Program-made: the position numbers and the translations under genes
Notes under the pieces: generated by a model
The model's input: only the letters and a program-made list of their open reading frames with translations
Told to the model about the DNA's origin: nothing
Database searches by the model: none
Shown here: one piece after another, positions 32,229-45,239 of the stretch
Layout of the letters: each line of letters starts with the position of its first letter
How positions within the stretch are numbered: position 1 is the stretch's first letter
Assembly (NCBI GenBank): GCA_012295275.1
Contig: CM022669.1
Location: 2,542,001 to 2,606,000 of the forward strand
Length of the DNA: 64,000 bases
Direction of reading: 5' to 3'
DNA from: Chrysomallon squamiferum
Lineage: Eukaryota; Animalia; Mollusca

Positions 32229-34722
32229 AAAACAAAATTCGTATATGAAACCTATAACTTGCATTAAAGATATTAACTAAAATATGGGTATTGCTAGCCT
32301 GTATGTAGTAAATGCTTTCAGTAGAACACCATACCCAACATCAGTCAGTCCTGTTTTCTAGAAATTACACAGATGTATATGCAGCATGACAAGAAGGTCT
32401 AACAGATGTGTGCAATAAATGTTTTCTGATAGAAAATACCAAATAAATGTATTCATTTTAATAAATATTTATTACTATATGTAGTAGTAGATATCCATCA
32501 AAATCAGAAACTTATAAAAAAAAATAGCATTAGTAAATTACTGTGTGCGGGGTATCTTTCACTGGTTCTGTGTTGCATTCATATTGTTTATTTATTTTTA
32601 TTTGTTTATTTGACTGACGAGCAGTTATCTTCCTACCCTGGTAATTCTGTATAGTATTCTAGTGTTGTTAGCATGGTTCATTGTCCAGGTAGCCTCAGAT
32701 GATATAATATGCCAGGTAATAATTCTGTGATGTGGGTTTATTAAAAGCTGTTTTTAATAATGTTCAAGAATTGTTTACCTTCCAACCAGTATTCTTGTTT
32801 TTTTAATTTTCTATCATGATGACATTTATGATCTCCCCCTCTGTCTAGTCCACTGAAAGCATGGAAGAATTATGAGTACCTAGCAAGGATTTAGTAGATT
32901 ATAAAATTATTGTACATTGTGGAACATGGCAAAGCTAAATATCAGATACTGGTTTTCATATAAATTATTACTTTTATTTATTTATTTTCACTACTGCTGC
33001 TGCTACTGTTACCAGAACCACTACTGCTACAACTACTTCTACTGCTATTGTCATTATCATTAAAACATTCTGAAAGGTTCTTTATTTTACATTCTTGTGT
33101 ATTTGTTTATTTTGTTAGACTATTTTGTGTAGTTCCATTACTCAATAATGTTATCTATTTAATTAAACAAAATATGCCAAAAATCACTAAGATAAATCTG
33201 CAGACAGCTGTTAACTTAATTTGTATTGTTAACATTCATTATGTGTTTACAGCTAAAGTCAATTCTTTCCTGTGCAATACACATTTTGTTTTTTGTTTGT
33301 TTTTAAAAATTCATTTCCACTTATTTTATTGTACTTTTTGAAATAGTGTTTGGAAATACTTTTTTGTACAACTAATGTTGAAGATGGACCAACATTTACA
33401 AAATCAATAATCATTGATACATTTTATTTATTTATTTAGTGTTATTATTTTTTGTTTTCTTCATATTCATTTATTTAAATTCATAGTTGTTTATGGGTTG
33501 TTTTGTATCTTCAACAAGAATATTTTTTATTGATAACATAATCCTGTTAATTAAAATATTTCACTAGTGAATGATAATTTTTTATAACTGAAATACTTTT
33601 TCAGCTTCTTTTAAATATATTTGTTTAAAATCTAATTTAGATTTTATCAAAATAATGCAGTACATAAATTACTTTTTAATCTTTAAATCAGTTTCTTTTC
33701 ATAATTGCAACATTCCAGATTAAATCCTATGCAAACAAATCTTTTTTATATAATAATTTTTTTTTGTTCTTCAGCAACTGTTATGATAAATATGGTTATA
33801 CATTTATCTATTACAAAATATTTTTACAAAATGGTGCTTATTACTTGGTGTTTGTACAAATGTTTGAAATGTGTCTTAAATAGAATTAATCATAAATAAA
33901 CCTATTTGTCAGAACATAGAAATTAGAGTTTTACTGAAATGGTTTGCTAATATGTTTAATAAAAAAAGTGTTTATTTTTGATGCTTGATCTCTAACTTGG
34001 TGTATTTAGTCAACTTCATGTAACTTACTATTATTGCTTCATTTCTGTATGTGAAATGACACTGGTAGTCAGGAACTTAAAAGAAAATGTTTGGGAGTTG
34101 CATATGTTTTTTTTCTTTTTTATTAAAAAATAAATATAATAAAGTAAGAATAAATGGAGACAAATGATATTTAACTTTTGTATTGAATTTTATTATTATT
34201 TATTGTCTCTTTTCACAAAATAAGTGTAATGTTGATAAAAGTGTTTTTAAACAGAACTTTAAAAAAAAAATACTAATTATAATAAACAACCGATTTTTAT
34301 TTTTATTTTATGTTTGTATTTAATTCCTTAAATGTTGTTACATTTTAATAATTCACAATAATTTAAGTGCTGTTTTATAAAATTTTGTTGATATTTATTT
34401 ATGTACTTTAAGTGTGTTATTTGCCTAATAATTATTTGATCTGATGAAAAAGAACAAAAAATAAATTAAGTAAAGATTGTAAATCAATTCAAATTAAAAA
34501 GATGTTTGCTAGAGTTGTCTCCCCTGAGACTGTTCTTACTAGTAAAGCATTGAAATACTGAATGAAGTACAAGGATAAAGACTATTTGTTATAGGAATCC
34601 ACCTACTCACTATTTAATGTTATTATTTGGCCACTGATGCTCCTAACTACTCTGATCAATTCTGCAAACATCCTGAACTTAGAACAACTCTTTCTTTGCA
34701 GTACATTTTGATAACCTTTTTC

Positions 34723-34762
<40 letters not shown>

Positions 34763-35712
34763 ACAGTTTACTACTTAACTTTTTGTAATATAAACATTTT
34801 ATAGATGGTTTTTAGTCTGTAATGAACAAAAAGCAGTTATCAATTTACACAAAGCAGTTATCAATTTACACAAAGTAGTTATAAGCTGCATTTGCAGATG
34901 TTTTACCCTAATAGAAGCTTTGATTTCAGTGTTAGAACGTTTCTCACTTTCCATAGATTAGATTTTGGTTTCATTTTTATAAACAATAAAAATTAAAATA
35001 TAATTTACGTAATAAAATAAGATTTTTAATTGCATTCCTAATCTTATTTTTACTTCATACTTTGTAATGAGTTAAAATAATGAGACTTGAAGCCAGTACT
35101 GTCTAGGCTGTTGTTTTTATGTACTGACTACATTTTATACTAAAAATTACAGAACAAAATAACTGCTCGTTTAATGAAATAGTACAGCTATATCAATTTG
35201 AACGTATAATTAATGTGAACTTCTGATTTATAGTGCCTTCCAACAAGACTCAAATTACTTACAGCATTATGTAAATTTTCTGAAATAAATATTTTGATTT
35301 TTCTTCTGTTTTTATTTCTATCTTGGAAACTAGATTTGAGTTACATTAGAAATGAATTGGCAATTAATGTCAACATTTTTAAATGAAAGCCAGTTTGAAT
35401 GAAATTATATGGAATATATATATATATATTACTGGAAATTTTAGAATCTTTTGCTTTTATCTTTTTAATAGGATAATGTAAACTTGCTTATGACCACAAA
35501 GTTTGAATTAACAAAATCATTTGAACACATTTCACTGACTATTGTGATACACCATTTCAGAGAATCTTCCCTACAAAATCCCTAAATATTTATGAATTCT
35601 TACATAACTGGAAATAAAATGAAATTCAGAGAAACATTCTCTGAAACAAACCACTTAATGTTAGTTTATTGTGGTTAATAATCATTAACAAAACACACTG
35701 AAATATTTCCTT

Positions 35713-35718
35713 TTTATT
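35713..35718 (-). terminator. Probable RPS6 polyadenylation signal
   Basis: AATAAA on the minus strand about 20 nt after the stop codon, giving the short 3'UTR typical of ribosomal protein mRNAs. Confidence 0.6.
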
Positions 35719-35737
35719 TCTTCATTCAACACAAGGT

Positions 35738-38700
35738 CTATTTCTTCGAGTGTGACTCTCTCATGGAATCACTACGACTCTTTGAAGATGATCGTCTTCG
35801 TTCAAGCTTTCTCTCCTTTGCTTCTTTCATTCTCTGTGCGAGCAGTTTCAGATACTCAGCAGCATCGTCTCGCTTCTTGGCAGCCCGTCTTCTCTTCAGG
35901 GCAAGACGATGTCTCTTCCTCTGAAGAACCACTGGCGTCACTAAACGCTGAATCTTGGGTGCCTTTGTCCTTGGTTTCTTGCCTGTGATCAGTCACATAA
36001 GAAATTAATTAATATTCAAACATTAATGAGCATATATTTAATATGCCAAATTGTATTTCATTATTAAATGGCATTAATTGATTTTTTCTGAATAATTATG
36101 TTATGAAGAAAATTGCTGCTTCCACTGGATAGTCTGACTATTACCAGCTTGGAATTTAAATATACAAATACACATCACAAATTTTTCTTAACAATTTTAG
36201 ACATCAGAATTGAAAACTGGCTACTGAATGCTGACATGATGGATCAAGTGGCTAACAGATTTCAGTCTATTTACTTATCTATACAGTGACAAAGCAGACA
36301 GTTTTTAAAACGATACTAAAAACTTTTAAGAATCAAACGTTCTGACTATCTAAAAATGTACAACATTCGTTCAACCACAATTACTGTAAATTTATTAACT
36401 GCAGAAATGTTTAAAATTCAATCCAGTTTACTTTCATCAAAAGCAGACATTCCTAATACACACCTTCTTTCTCAGGTAGTGGTCTGCGGACAACGTACTG
36501 TCTGACATCATCCTCTTTGCTCAGGTTAAACAGCTTCCTGATGTGACTGGCTCTCTTTGGTCCAAGTCGTCGTGGAATCGTCTTGTCTGTGAGGCCAGGG
36601 ATCTCCTGTTCACCTGTTCATTAAAACAACTGTATTATCCTAATGATACAAACTGTTTTTATTACTATCACAATACATTTTCTACAACCAAAAGTATCTG
36701 TCACCCATTACTACATTCCAAAACATTTTGAAGACATTTTCAGAACAATCAGGCAACATTCTGTTTTCAAAATTATGATTAGTAATAAAAATAAATGGTT
36801 AAAAGCTGCAGATAGCAAAATATGCAGAACTCTTGTAGTCATCTCTGAAATTTGCCTTCATCATGTACTATTCTAAAATATCTGCTGACAGTTCAAATGG
36901 TTGCAGTGTAACCTCCCTATTTTTACTGTAAAACTATTTGGAATGCACTGATCAGGCCCCTTTTATCACTAAATCAAATTTTATTTTATCAATTTTTAAA
37001 TTTAAAACAACTTTTCCTTGCATTATAGATTTAGGACATTTTTATGACATTTCCAGTACTGAATTTAAAACTGTTTTTCATTAGTGCCAACACACTAATA
37101 GATCATGGGATGACATGACAAAATCAGACATTTGATTAATAAGTAGAACAGGCATGGGCCACATGAGACATGGCTCATCCTCAGGTACTAATTTAGGCAA
37201 TTTTGTGTTTTTAACGTAGTTTATTTTAATATATTAGTAGATACAAAATAGACTCAATTTATAAAATTTGAATTAATGTTGTTTTCCTTGTGAAATTAGT
37301 TGGGCTATTCAGAAAGCCACATGGGCTGCAGTTTGCCCATAAATAATCTAGAAAATACAATTTCAATCCAATAATATTTAATTCACATCATATCACACTA
37401 ACAAAAATATGTTCATGGGTTGGTTTTTTTGTTAATAGAAATTTCCCACCTTTTTGCACACACCACTGGTTGGAAATATTCTAGCAGCCTGAAGATTAAA
37501 TTTGTTTTATTAAATTGTGAATGCTCCCTGGCAAGAAATGTTTTAAATTCTTCAGATATGAAATGTTTAACAAATTTTGTACTGACCTTTCTTAATAATA
37601 ATTACAGCCAAAACAGAGAGATTACTGTCAACAATGCAGCCACGAACAGACTTTCTTCGTCGTTCTCCAGATCGTCTAGGTCTGAAGCAAGAATGGCCCT
37701 TAGAGAGAAGAAGTCGAACTCGGCCAGTGGTCAGAACACCCTGCTTCATTGGAAAGCCTTGTTTGTCATTGCCTCCAGTAATGCGAAGAATGTATCCCTA
37801 GCAGAGAAAGTGATTAAATAAAATGACACATTAGATATTATGTTCTGAATAACATTAGATGTTAATTTAGTGAACTTCCTCTGAATTTCACTTACAATTA
37901 AAATTTTGTAATACAGCAGAGCTAGTGACAAATAGTTACATTTGAACAAAAATAAAATTAAAGAACAGGTTTATATTATCACTTGTCAACATCTAAAATC
38001 AGCTCTACCACTAACCTTCCACTCATCACCTAGGCTGTCAGCAGAAACTTCAGCTGATATACGTTTGTCATAGAAAGGACGTAATTTCTTTTCATCATCG
38101 ACTTCTATTAATTTTTGACAACCAGTTGCTGGAAATGCAATGTTCAGCTGTAAAACAAAATGAATTAGAAATTTAAACTTTTTAAACTAAACACTCAGTG
38201 TCAGCATTCTGAACTACAGACAACTGGGAAAAAAAATACTAACATTTAAAACAAATATTTAGTTTTCAGATTGTGTTCAAAATAATCAGAAATGTATGGC
38301 CTTGTTGAACACTCAGTATAATAATTTCAATATCTAACATTAACAAAATGCAAAGCTATGCACTATCCCGACCTTCAGATTCTAAATCTACTGAAAATTA
38401 GCCAAGTTTTGCAAACTCAATAAGTTATTGAATTTGGATGTTGGACTGAAATTTTGATCATTCTTATTTAAAATGTTATTTTATACTGTGTTTCATGTTT
38501 TCAGAAATGAACGTGGAAGATGTCCAACAAATTCAAACAATGTTCGAATGATCCATCAACTCAAAAATATTCAATGATTACGAAGTTAACTCCTTTGTAG
38601 TCCAATTTCTCTTTACAAAGTTAATCATTTGCCTTATGTTTTACACATTCAACCCATAATGTTCCTATTTTTAGGAAGAAATTCTACTAACTTTAGATCT

Positions 38701-41700
38701 AAATTACAGTAACAATCAAAAACAAAATTTAAGATTTAGCTACCAGCAGCCTAGCTCATATAATTATTCAAACTGTTAAAAGTTCAGATTTTGTCCATTC
38801 TCCTCCACTCCCAAATCTGTTCTATAAAATATACAATAAAAAACAGATACATGGAAATAAAGATTATTGTATGTTAAACCAGTTGTTTGTACGAGAGTTG
38901 AACGCGGTGGGGGTAAACAAACTTTGGAGTCCATTGTCAGCAATTAACAGAGTAAAAAGTCCTAAAATAGGGTTGCTCTACACCTGGCTTGTTTTTGCCA
39001 AAATGGCTTCCATGTTATTTTTAGCACAGCTTGGAGGGTCAAAGTTTGATCATTCCAACAATGTAGGTATGTGTATTTCTGCCGGAACTGCGTCCGCCAT
39101 TTTCTGCCAAATCCGTGTGATCGGGGTTTCCCCAATGGCGAGTGGTGTCTGTTCGTAAATCGCTTCTCATTAGTCAGGGGCTGGGAGTTTCGGTCATCCC
39201 TGATGGCATAATTAGCAGGAAATTCCCGTATCCTCACTCGTTTTCAAATTTTTCAGTTCGGTCAATTGGTTCGTTTCGGAGGAGAGTTTGAAATTTTGAC
39301 TCGCATTCAACACGTTTAAATCGGTCGTTTTCGATATCGGAGGATAATCTAAGGTAGGTGGAAGCGAAGAACAATATTTTATTTTATTATATGTGAATTT
39401 ATATTGAAATCTGACATAGCTGAAAAAAGTTATGAACGCTGGAATGACGAGCTGTAAAATCGAAATGGTGGATGAAAATTCGAGTGAAACTGAAGTGACT
39501 TCTACCCTTGATTTCAGCTGTTATGTTTGATAAATGAGTGATAGAACAGATTGTGATGCTGTATAAATATACGACTGTACTCTGTCACACTTTTATTACC
39601 CAATGGATTGTAAATATGTGGACGATTGTGGATTTTGTGAGTGTCTTCAGCCAATCGGTATGAACTAATTTTGAAATTTAGTAATTATTATTATTATGTT
39701 GGTCTTCTTTTCAGGATGCCTAATTTGAAGCAGAAAAGAATATCCCCCAATTCAAGGACTGGTATAGCCAAGCAACACTTGGAAGAGAACTTTTCCAGTG
39801 GAATTCCGGTTTCTTTGGCGAATTTCTTAAATGGTCACGTATTGTTTATTTTCGTCTTTCGCTGCGAAAAAAGCCGTGCGATGACCGTTAGAGAACTTCA
39901 ATCATATATCCCTAATAATATTACTGGTCATCGGAGAGATACAGTTTTGAATTATGTTTCATCACAAATTCAGTAACTTGTTGACAATACTCTGAACAAG
40001 TTCAAGAAACTCAGTGACACTTTGGAGTTCAGTATATTTGATTCCATTTGTCACGAAAGTTTTGATCAGCTGAACCTGACCAGTACTATTTCCACAGTTA
40101 TGTCATCTATTATCCAGCCAGTGGAAGTCCCTCAGGCTGATGAAGAAAATGCCATTGTTCTTCCCAGCACAAGCCTGTTGCTGTGTCCCCACTGAAAACC
40201 AGGCAGATAAGAAAGTGCCATAACTGTGAGAGATATCATAAAAGTTTGCAATTTGCCAACCAGAAACTGGAAGAATTAAAACGTCAGAATTGGATTAAGG
40301 TAAGGAATATGATGGCCAAGCACCATCAGAGGTCTGAATCAGTTAGGAAACTAAATCAGAAGATCAAGAGAAAAGGGCAATTATCCAAAGTAAGATCACA
40401 GCTGGATTCTTCTGCTCTTGCTGAAGGTCTGTGAAAAGCTACAAGAATCATATCAACTTTAGAGAAGAAACATCAGCAAATTAAGAAATACAATAAAATG
40501 AAGAAAACTGCATTGTTTCTATCCCAGACTGATGATGAAAGAGTGGAAGTATTGGAAAGGAAACTGGCAGAAAGGGAGGATGAAATCCTCCAGCTCCAAG
40601 ACGGTAAACTAATGCTAGAAGACAGGGTTAAAGAGCTGGAGGGTTTTGTTGAACAAACCAAGTCCGATGGAAGGATTTATTCTCCTGAAATGAGGATGAA
40701 AGTTTTTGATGCTATTGTTGCTCAAGTCCCAATGAACAACATACCATCACTGATTAGAAAGTTTGCCCTTCACTCAGGACAACCCTAACTGTTGTTCCAC
40801 ACAGGACTACAGTAGAAGGAATGGTAAGACAACTTGGGGCAATAAGCGATCTTCAAACTGCAGAAGCCATTTTAGACAAGGACTGAACTATTGGATTCGA
40901 TGCCACGACACAAGAAGGCGTTCATTTGAATAGCATACATATCACCACCCATGCTGATTGCTATGTTGTTGCTGCCGATCAGTTACCTGGAGGTACAGCC
41001 AATGATTATCACGAGCACATCTGTGATTCAGTTGATAACTTGGCCCTGGTGTACTGTTGTTTCTTTGATAAAGACTATCAAACCATACACCAGGGGTTAA
41101 TTTCAAACATTACCAACAGTCTTACTGATCGGTGTGCAGCAAACCATGCTGCAGTACAGTTAGTGAATGTTTCTTGGGCCAAGACTTTGAACGAGTTGAA
41201 CTGTCGTTTGCACCCACTGGACTCCATAGCCACAAAAGCTAGAACAGCACTCAAGGAATGTGAAGGGGGTGCAAAGGGACAGATTTGGGGAAATGACTGC
41301 TGCGCGTCCAACATTGTACAGATGAACAAACTCCGCTTTAAGGACATTAAGGGCGATCCCCGGGGGTTCAAGACTTTTCTTGATGACCACAACCTGCCTC
41401 GGGGGATCATTCTCAGGTATCGGGGTAATCGTCTGCATGTTCTGTTTCATGTATGTGGCATATATACTCAGCATCAATGTGGCATATATACTCAGCATGT
41501 TCAATGCTGCAAAACAGAAGGTGGCTAATGCAACTGTTTGCTATCTGTCAAGTAAGTTGAGGGCACAAAAAAATAAAACTGTGGCCTATCTAGATGGTTT
41601 AGAAAAGGAGAGGAGAGATATGATTCTCATGAAGGCTGTACAGGTAGGTCAGAAACAAAGGCAGAAGAGAAGAATGAAGCAGGACGAGTTGAGAGCAGAA

Positions 41701-44202
41701 TTATCGAGGAGACAAGCTGACAAACATCAAGCAAGAGAGACATCTGTGAGGAAAAAGCTAGAGAAGAAACTGAAAACTGTTAAGGTTGCAGAGATTGGTG
41801 AGGAATTTCCTGAGCTTTCTGATGGTAAGCAGGAGCATCTTCAGGAATTGTTGGAAGGCAAATCTGTTGTAACATTTGTCATGTATGGTTTGAAGATGGG
41901 CACCAGATTCTTTACAATGGCAGAATTGAAAAGATGAAGGCTAAGGGAAGTAAGTGTGTTGTAGCATATTGGTCACAGACAGAAACGTATGATGATGCAA
42001 CTGACTTTGATATGTCTGTTTTCCAATTGGCTGCAGACCTTATTTCCGATGATTTGACTATGTAAATATTGGGTTGAGGAATAAGTCATTGCAGTTAAAC
42101 TAAATATAATCATTACATAGAAGAAACCTTAAGCTTAATTGATAACAAGATGTAATTTAATCAATAATGTATTCTCCGTTGTTATTTACCACTTCTTCCC
42201 AACAGTTAAATTTTTGATGCCTCTGCAATAAATATGAATCAGTTATGAACTGCAATGACTTATCAACCCAGTACACTTTTGGAATGAGGTCTGTATAAAA
42301 TGTCTCATTAAGGGGACTGCATGACATTATCTACAATAATTCTTGTTATAACTTTTTCAGCTAATTAAAGTTGCCAAATTAGACTAATTAAAATCTGCTG
42401 TATTACTAATTATTTATATTGCACTTTTAATAGCTTGAATTGAGAGAACTAGTTACCATCCATCTTCAGTCCAAATTTCACTAATAAAATTCGATTATTA
42501 AGAAAGTTACATGCATTTTAGTGAAAAACAATAGGATTTTGGTCATGCCATTGTAATGCAAATGCATTAAATAATAGGACAATTAGTGTTAATTGAAAAC
42601 GTTAAAATGCTGTAACTTCCTTAATACTCAACAGAATCACATGATGTTTGTTGTCTTTTATAGGGTTTTTAGAGTTCTTTTCAGCAATGTTATTTATGTT
42701 GATGTTTGAATTTTTTGTCCACATACCTACAACATGCTACAATAACTAAAACCGGTTATGTGACACGAATGAAAAGAAGCTGGACATAATAATTAGTTTT
42801 ATTATCTTATTGTCTTTGAAATTTTATCAAGCAGCTTCGAGGCTCTTAATTGTAATTTTTACCGCGTGAAATATGGTTTGTTGGCGTTATATCGCCAGTT
42901 TGAGTTTGTTTTTTTCTTCAGAATTATGTTGATTATATTTTTAATAGCTTGTAGGATGCATGTTTTATTGGATGTTGTGACTTTTACTAAATATAATATG
43001 TATTCGTTCTGAAATAAACAAATTAATATTGTTTTGCCGATTACTAGCATTTGATGTTAACTATAATCCTCTGCAATACATAAACTCGTATAATAAATTG
43101 GAGTCTACTCCAGAAAGATATTGCCGGTCTTAATTAGGAGCAATACATTGTGTATGTAATCATGACAGTAAAGACAGGTACGAATATCGAACTTTGACCT
43201 TCCTGGGTGCTAAAAATAGCCTTGCTAAAACTAGTCGGTGTTAAGAAAAGGCGACACCGCCTTCAGATGAGCGCTTCGTAGAGCGAGACCGCTTTAGCTT
43301 TAGGGATGTTCGCAAAGTTCGTTTAACACTCTCATACAAACTAATGATTTAACACATAACAAAAACAACATCACCATTTAAAAGAGCGCATATTAATCTG
43401 TATTTGAGTGTAATTGTTTTTCATGTTAAATTTTACAGAAGGGATTTGGGAGGGGCGGAAAATGGACAAAATCAGCACTTTTTCCACTTAAGTTTGTTAG
43501 GCTGCTGTACCTTAATTAATAACTTCTTTTTAATTTTTACAAATATAATCGATAGCAGAGATTGGCATTGGTCTTCACTGAAAATTTCATCAAGAAAGCT
43601 TGATTATTAACAAAGATAGAGTGGAAAATGTTAAAATATTACTAAACCTCTAATGACTTATATAGCGTTTAATTGGAAGAAAAAAATTGCTTTTCAGGGG
43701 GTTTAAAATTGCTGCTACTTCCTTAATTGTTTACATATTCACTTGATCTTGGTATCATTTTAAAGTGGTTTACAAGCTCTACCCAACTGTCTTATTTATT
43801 TTCAGATTAGTGGGGTTTGAAAAATTTGTCCACATACCTACAAATTGTTCACAACACTGGTTGAATTTTTCAAATAAGACCAAAACTGAAACCACAGTGT
43901 CTGCACTTTTGGTGTGTTTTGTTTCTTTCTGTTACAGATTTCATTTTGTGCTAATGTTCTTGCATATGATATGAAATTAAAGTCAGAACAAATCTGCCTG
44001 CCGTAGGTACCTATAAGATTAGTTTATTTACGGTGTAACCTGCCCAGATTAATCCGAGCAATCATATATATCAGTATCAACTAAATTTCATTAAACATAT
44101 ATACCGTAATAGGAATTAAATCTAAAATACCATATCAAACGTTATTTTTTGTTCACATATCATATTTAGCATTTATTTTAGTTAATAATTACCCACCTTC
44201 AT
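35738..44202 (-). CDS. RPS6: 40S ribosomal protein S6 (eS6), 5 exons, 247 aa
   Basis: Exons 44197-44202 (ATG AAG), 38016-38147, 37587-37797, 36464-36613, 35738-35982; GT-AG introns, total 744 nt. [67 protein letters not shown]; Ser-rich C-terminus. Confidence 0.98.
37159..37340. mobile_element. Degenerate hAT/Charlie-like MITE in RPS6 intron 3
   Basis: Left CAGGCATGGGC, right GGGCTGCAGTTTGCCCAT (inverted match), GGGCC-type subterminal motifs; TSD not resolved. Confidence 0.4.
38480..43900 (+). mobile_element. Decayed cut-and-paste DNA transposon with long imperfect inverted repeats in RPS6 intron 1; superfamily unassigned
   Basis: Left ~38480-39060 matches the reverse complement of right ~43180-43900: cagcagccta, gattttgtccatt, ctcccaaatc, tatttttagcac, ggtcaaagtt blocks. 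The arms enclose a broken transposase. Exact ends and TSD not resolved; may extend to ~38270 and ~44010. Confidence 0.8.
39432..42065 (+). pseudogene. Transposase pseudogene (DDE, CxxH class) with coiled coil and C-terminal Tudor/Spindlin-like domain
   Basis: The ORF fragments 39641-41937 stitch across frameshifts: putative 57-nt intron 39658-39714, coiled coil, [19 protein letters not shown] (D 40899), SLTDRCAAN (D 41127), NCRLHPLD (C 41202, H 41211), [10 protein letters not shown], probable internal deletion at ~41498, basic helix, then [29 protein letters not shown], stop 42063-42065. Confidence 0.8.
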
Positions 44203-44234
44203 GCTGATGGTTGTGGACCAACAAATTAGACACC

Positions 44235-44245
44235 GGAAAAGGAAG
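44235..44245 (-). promoter_or_regulatory. RPS6 TCT initiator / 5'TOP tract
   Basis: Minus strand CTTCCTTTTCC 33-43 nt upstream of the ATG; established hallmark of ribosomal protein gene start sites. Confidence 0.85.
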
Positions 44246-44575
44246 TTGATTTCTACACGGTCGCTTACGTACCTTAATCGTAATCGTGTGGTGTTATTAA
44301 TTTTAATAAAAAAAAGGAATTAAGATCTTCAAAACCTGTGAGAAATAATAATAAAATCATTTATAAAACTTAATTCATATACATTTTCCAGATCAATATA
44401 ATCAGCTACGTTTCGGATATTTCAGTTAACTACGAAAATACAAGAAAATATAAAAGGCGGGAAATTTGACTTGCAATACTTTTCTTGTTTCTAAATAATT
44501 TATAATGACTAGAAAAATCAAAATTAAGCCTAAAAAGGATCCCAGAAACAAGTGATTATTACTGTTGTCATATTA

Positions 44576-44614
<39 letters not shown>

Positions 44615-45239
44615 TTTAAAAGTGAATTGATATTAAAATTCAGGACAAACGAATGAATATTGTTTAATAAATCTCACATTTTGATGTGCGAAGTTACACA
44701 GGAATTTTGTGATAATTATAATAATATTAAACAAGCTGAAAAATATTAGCGCAAGAGAATTACTGAGATTTAATAAAAATTATTTATAAGACTAATTAAT
44801 AAAATTATTATATACAGTCTCATAAACAGATAACTAACAGATAAATATATAATGAAAAACACAGAACACTGTTCAGAACAGTGTTCTTCATCATTTTGCA
44901 TAATAGTAATAGTAGTAGTAGTAGTAGTGGTGGTGGTGGTGGTGATTGAAAGCTGTTCTTCTTATTGATGATTCACATAGACGCATTCCGGTCATAACTT
45001 TATACCGAATGGGTAGAATAAATGAAATCAAGGTTTAATGACTCCCAAGCACAAAAACATATCATCTGTCACAATGTTACATGATTATCAATGTAAGACA
45101 ATCAAACGTTAAATAAAATTATTATTATTATTATCATCATTATTATTATTTAAATATGAATGGAATTATTAAAAATGTAAAACAATTTTTATTTTTCAGA
45201 ACATTTCAATATATTTATTGTTTTTTATTGCTCATGCGG

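Noticed and set aside
43893-43899. CACAGTG as a RAG/Transib recombination signal heptamer
   Set aside because: No nonamer at 12 or 23 bp, wrong orientation for an RSS-type right end, and the transposase lacks RAG1/Transib motifs. It may still be part of the TIR.
38359-43907. TGCACT at 38359-38364 and 43902-43907 as the transposon TSD
   Set aside because: The sequences just inside are not inverted repeats of each other; a 6-mer match is expected by chance.
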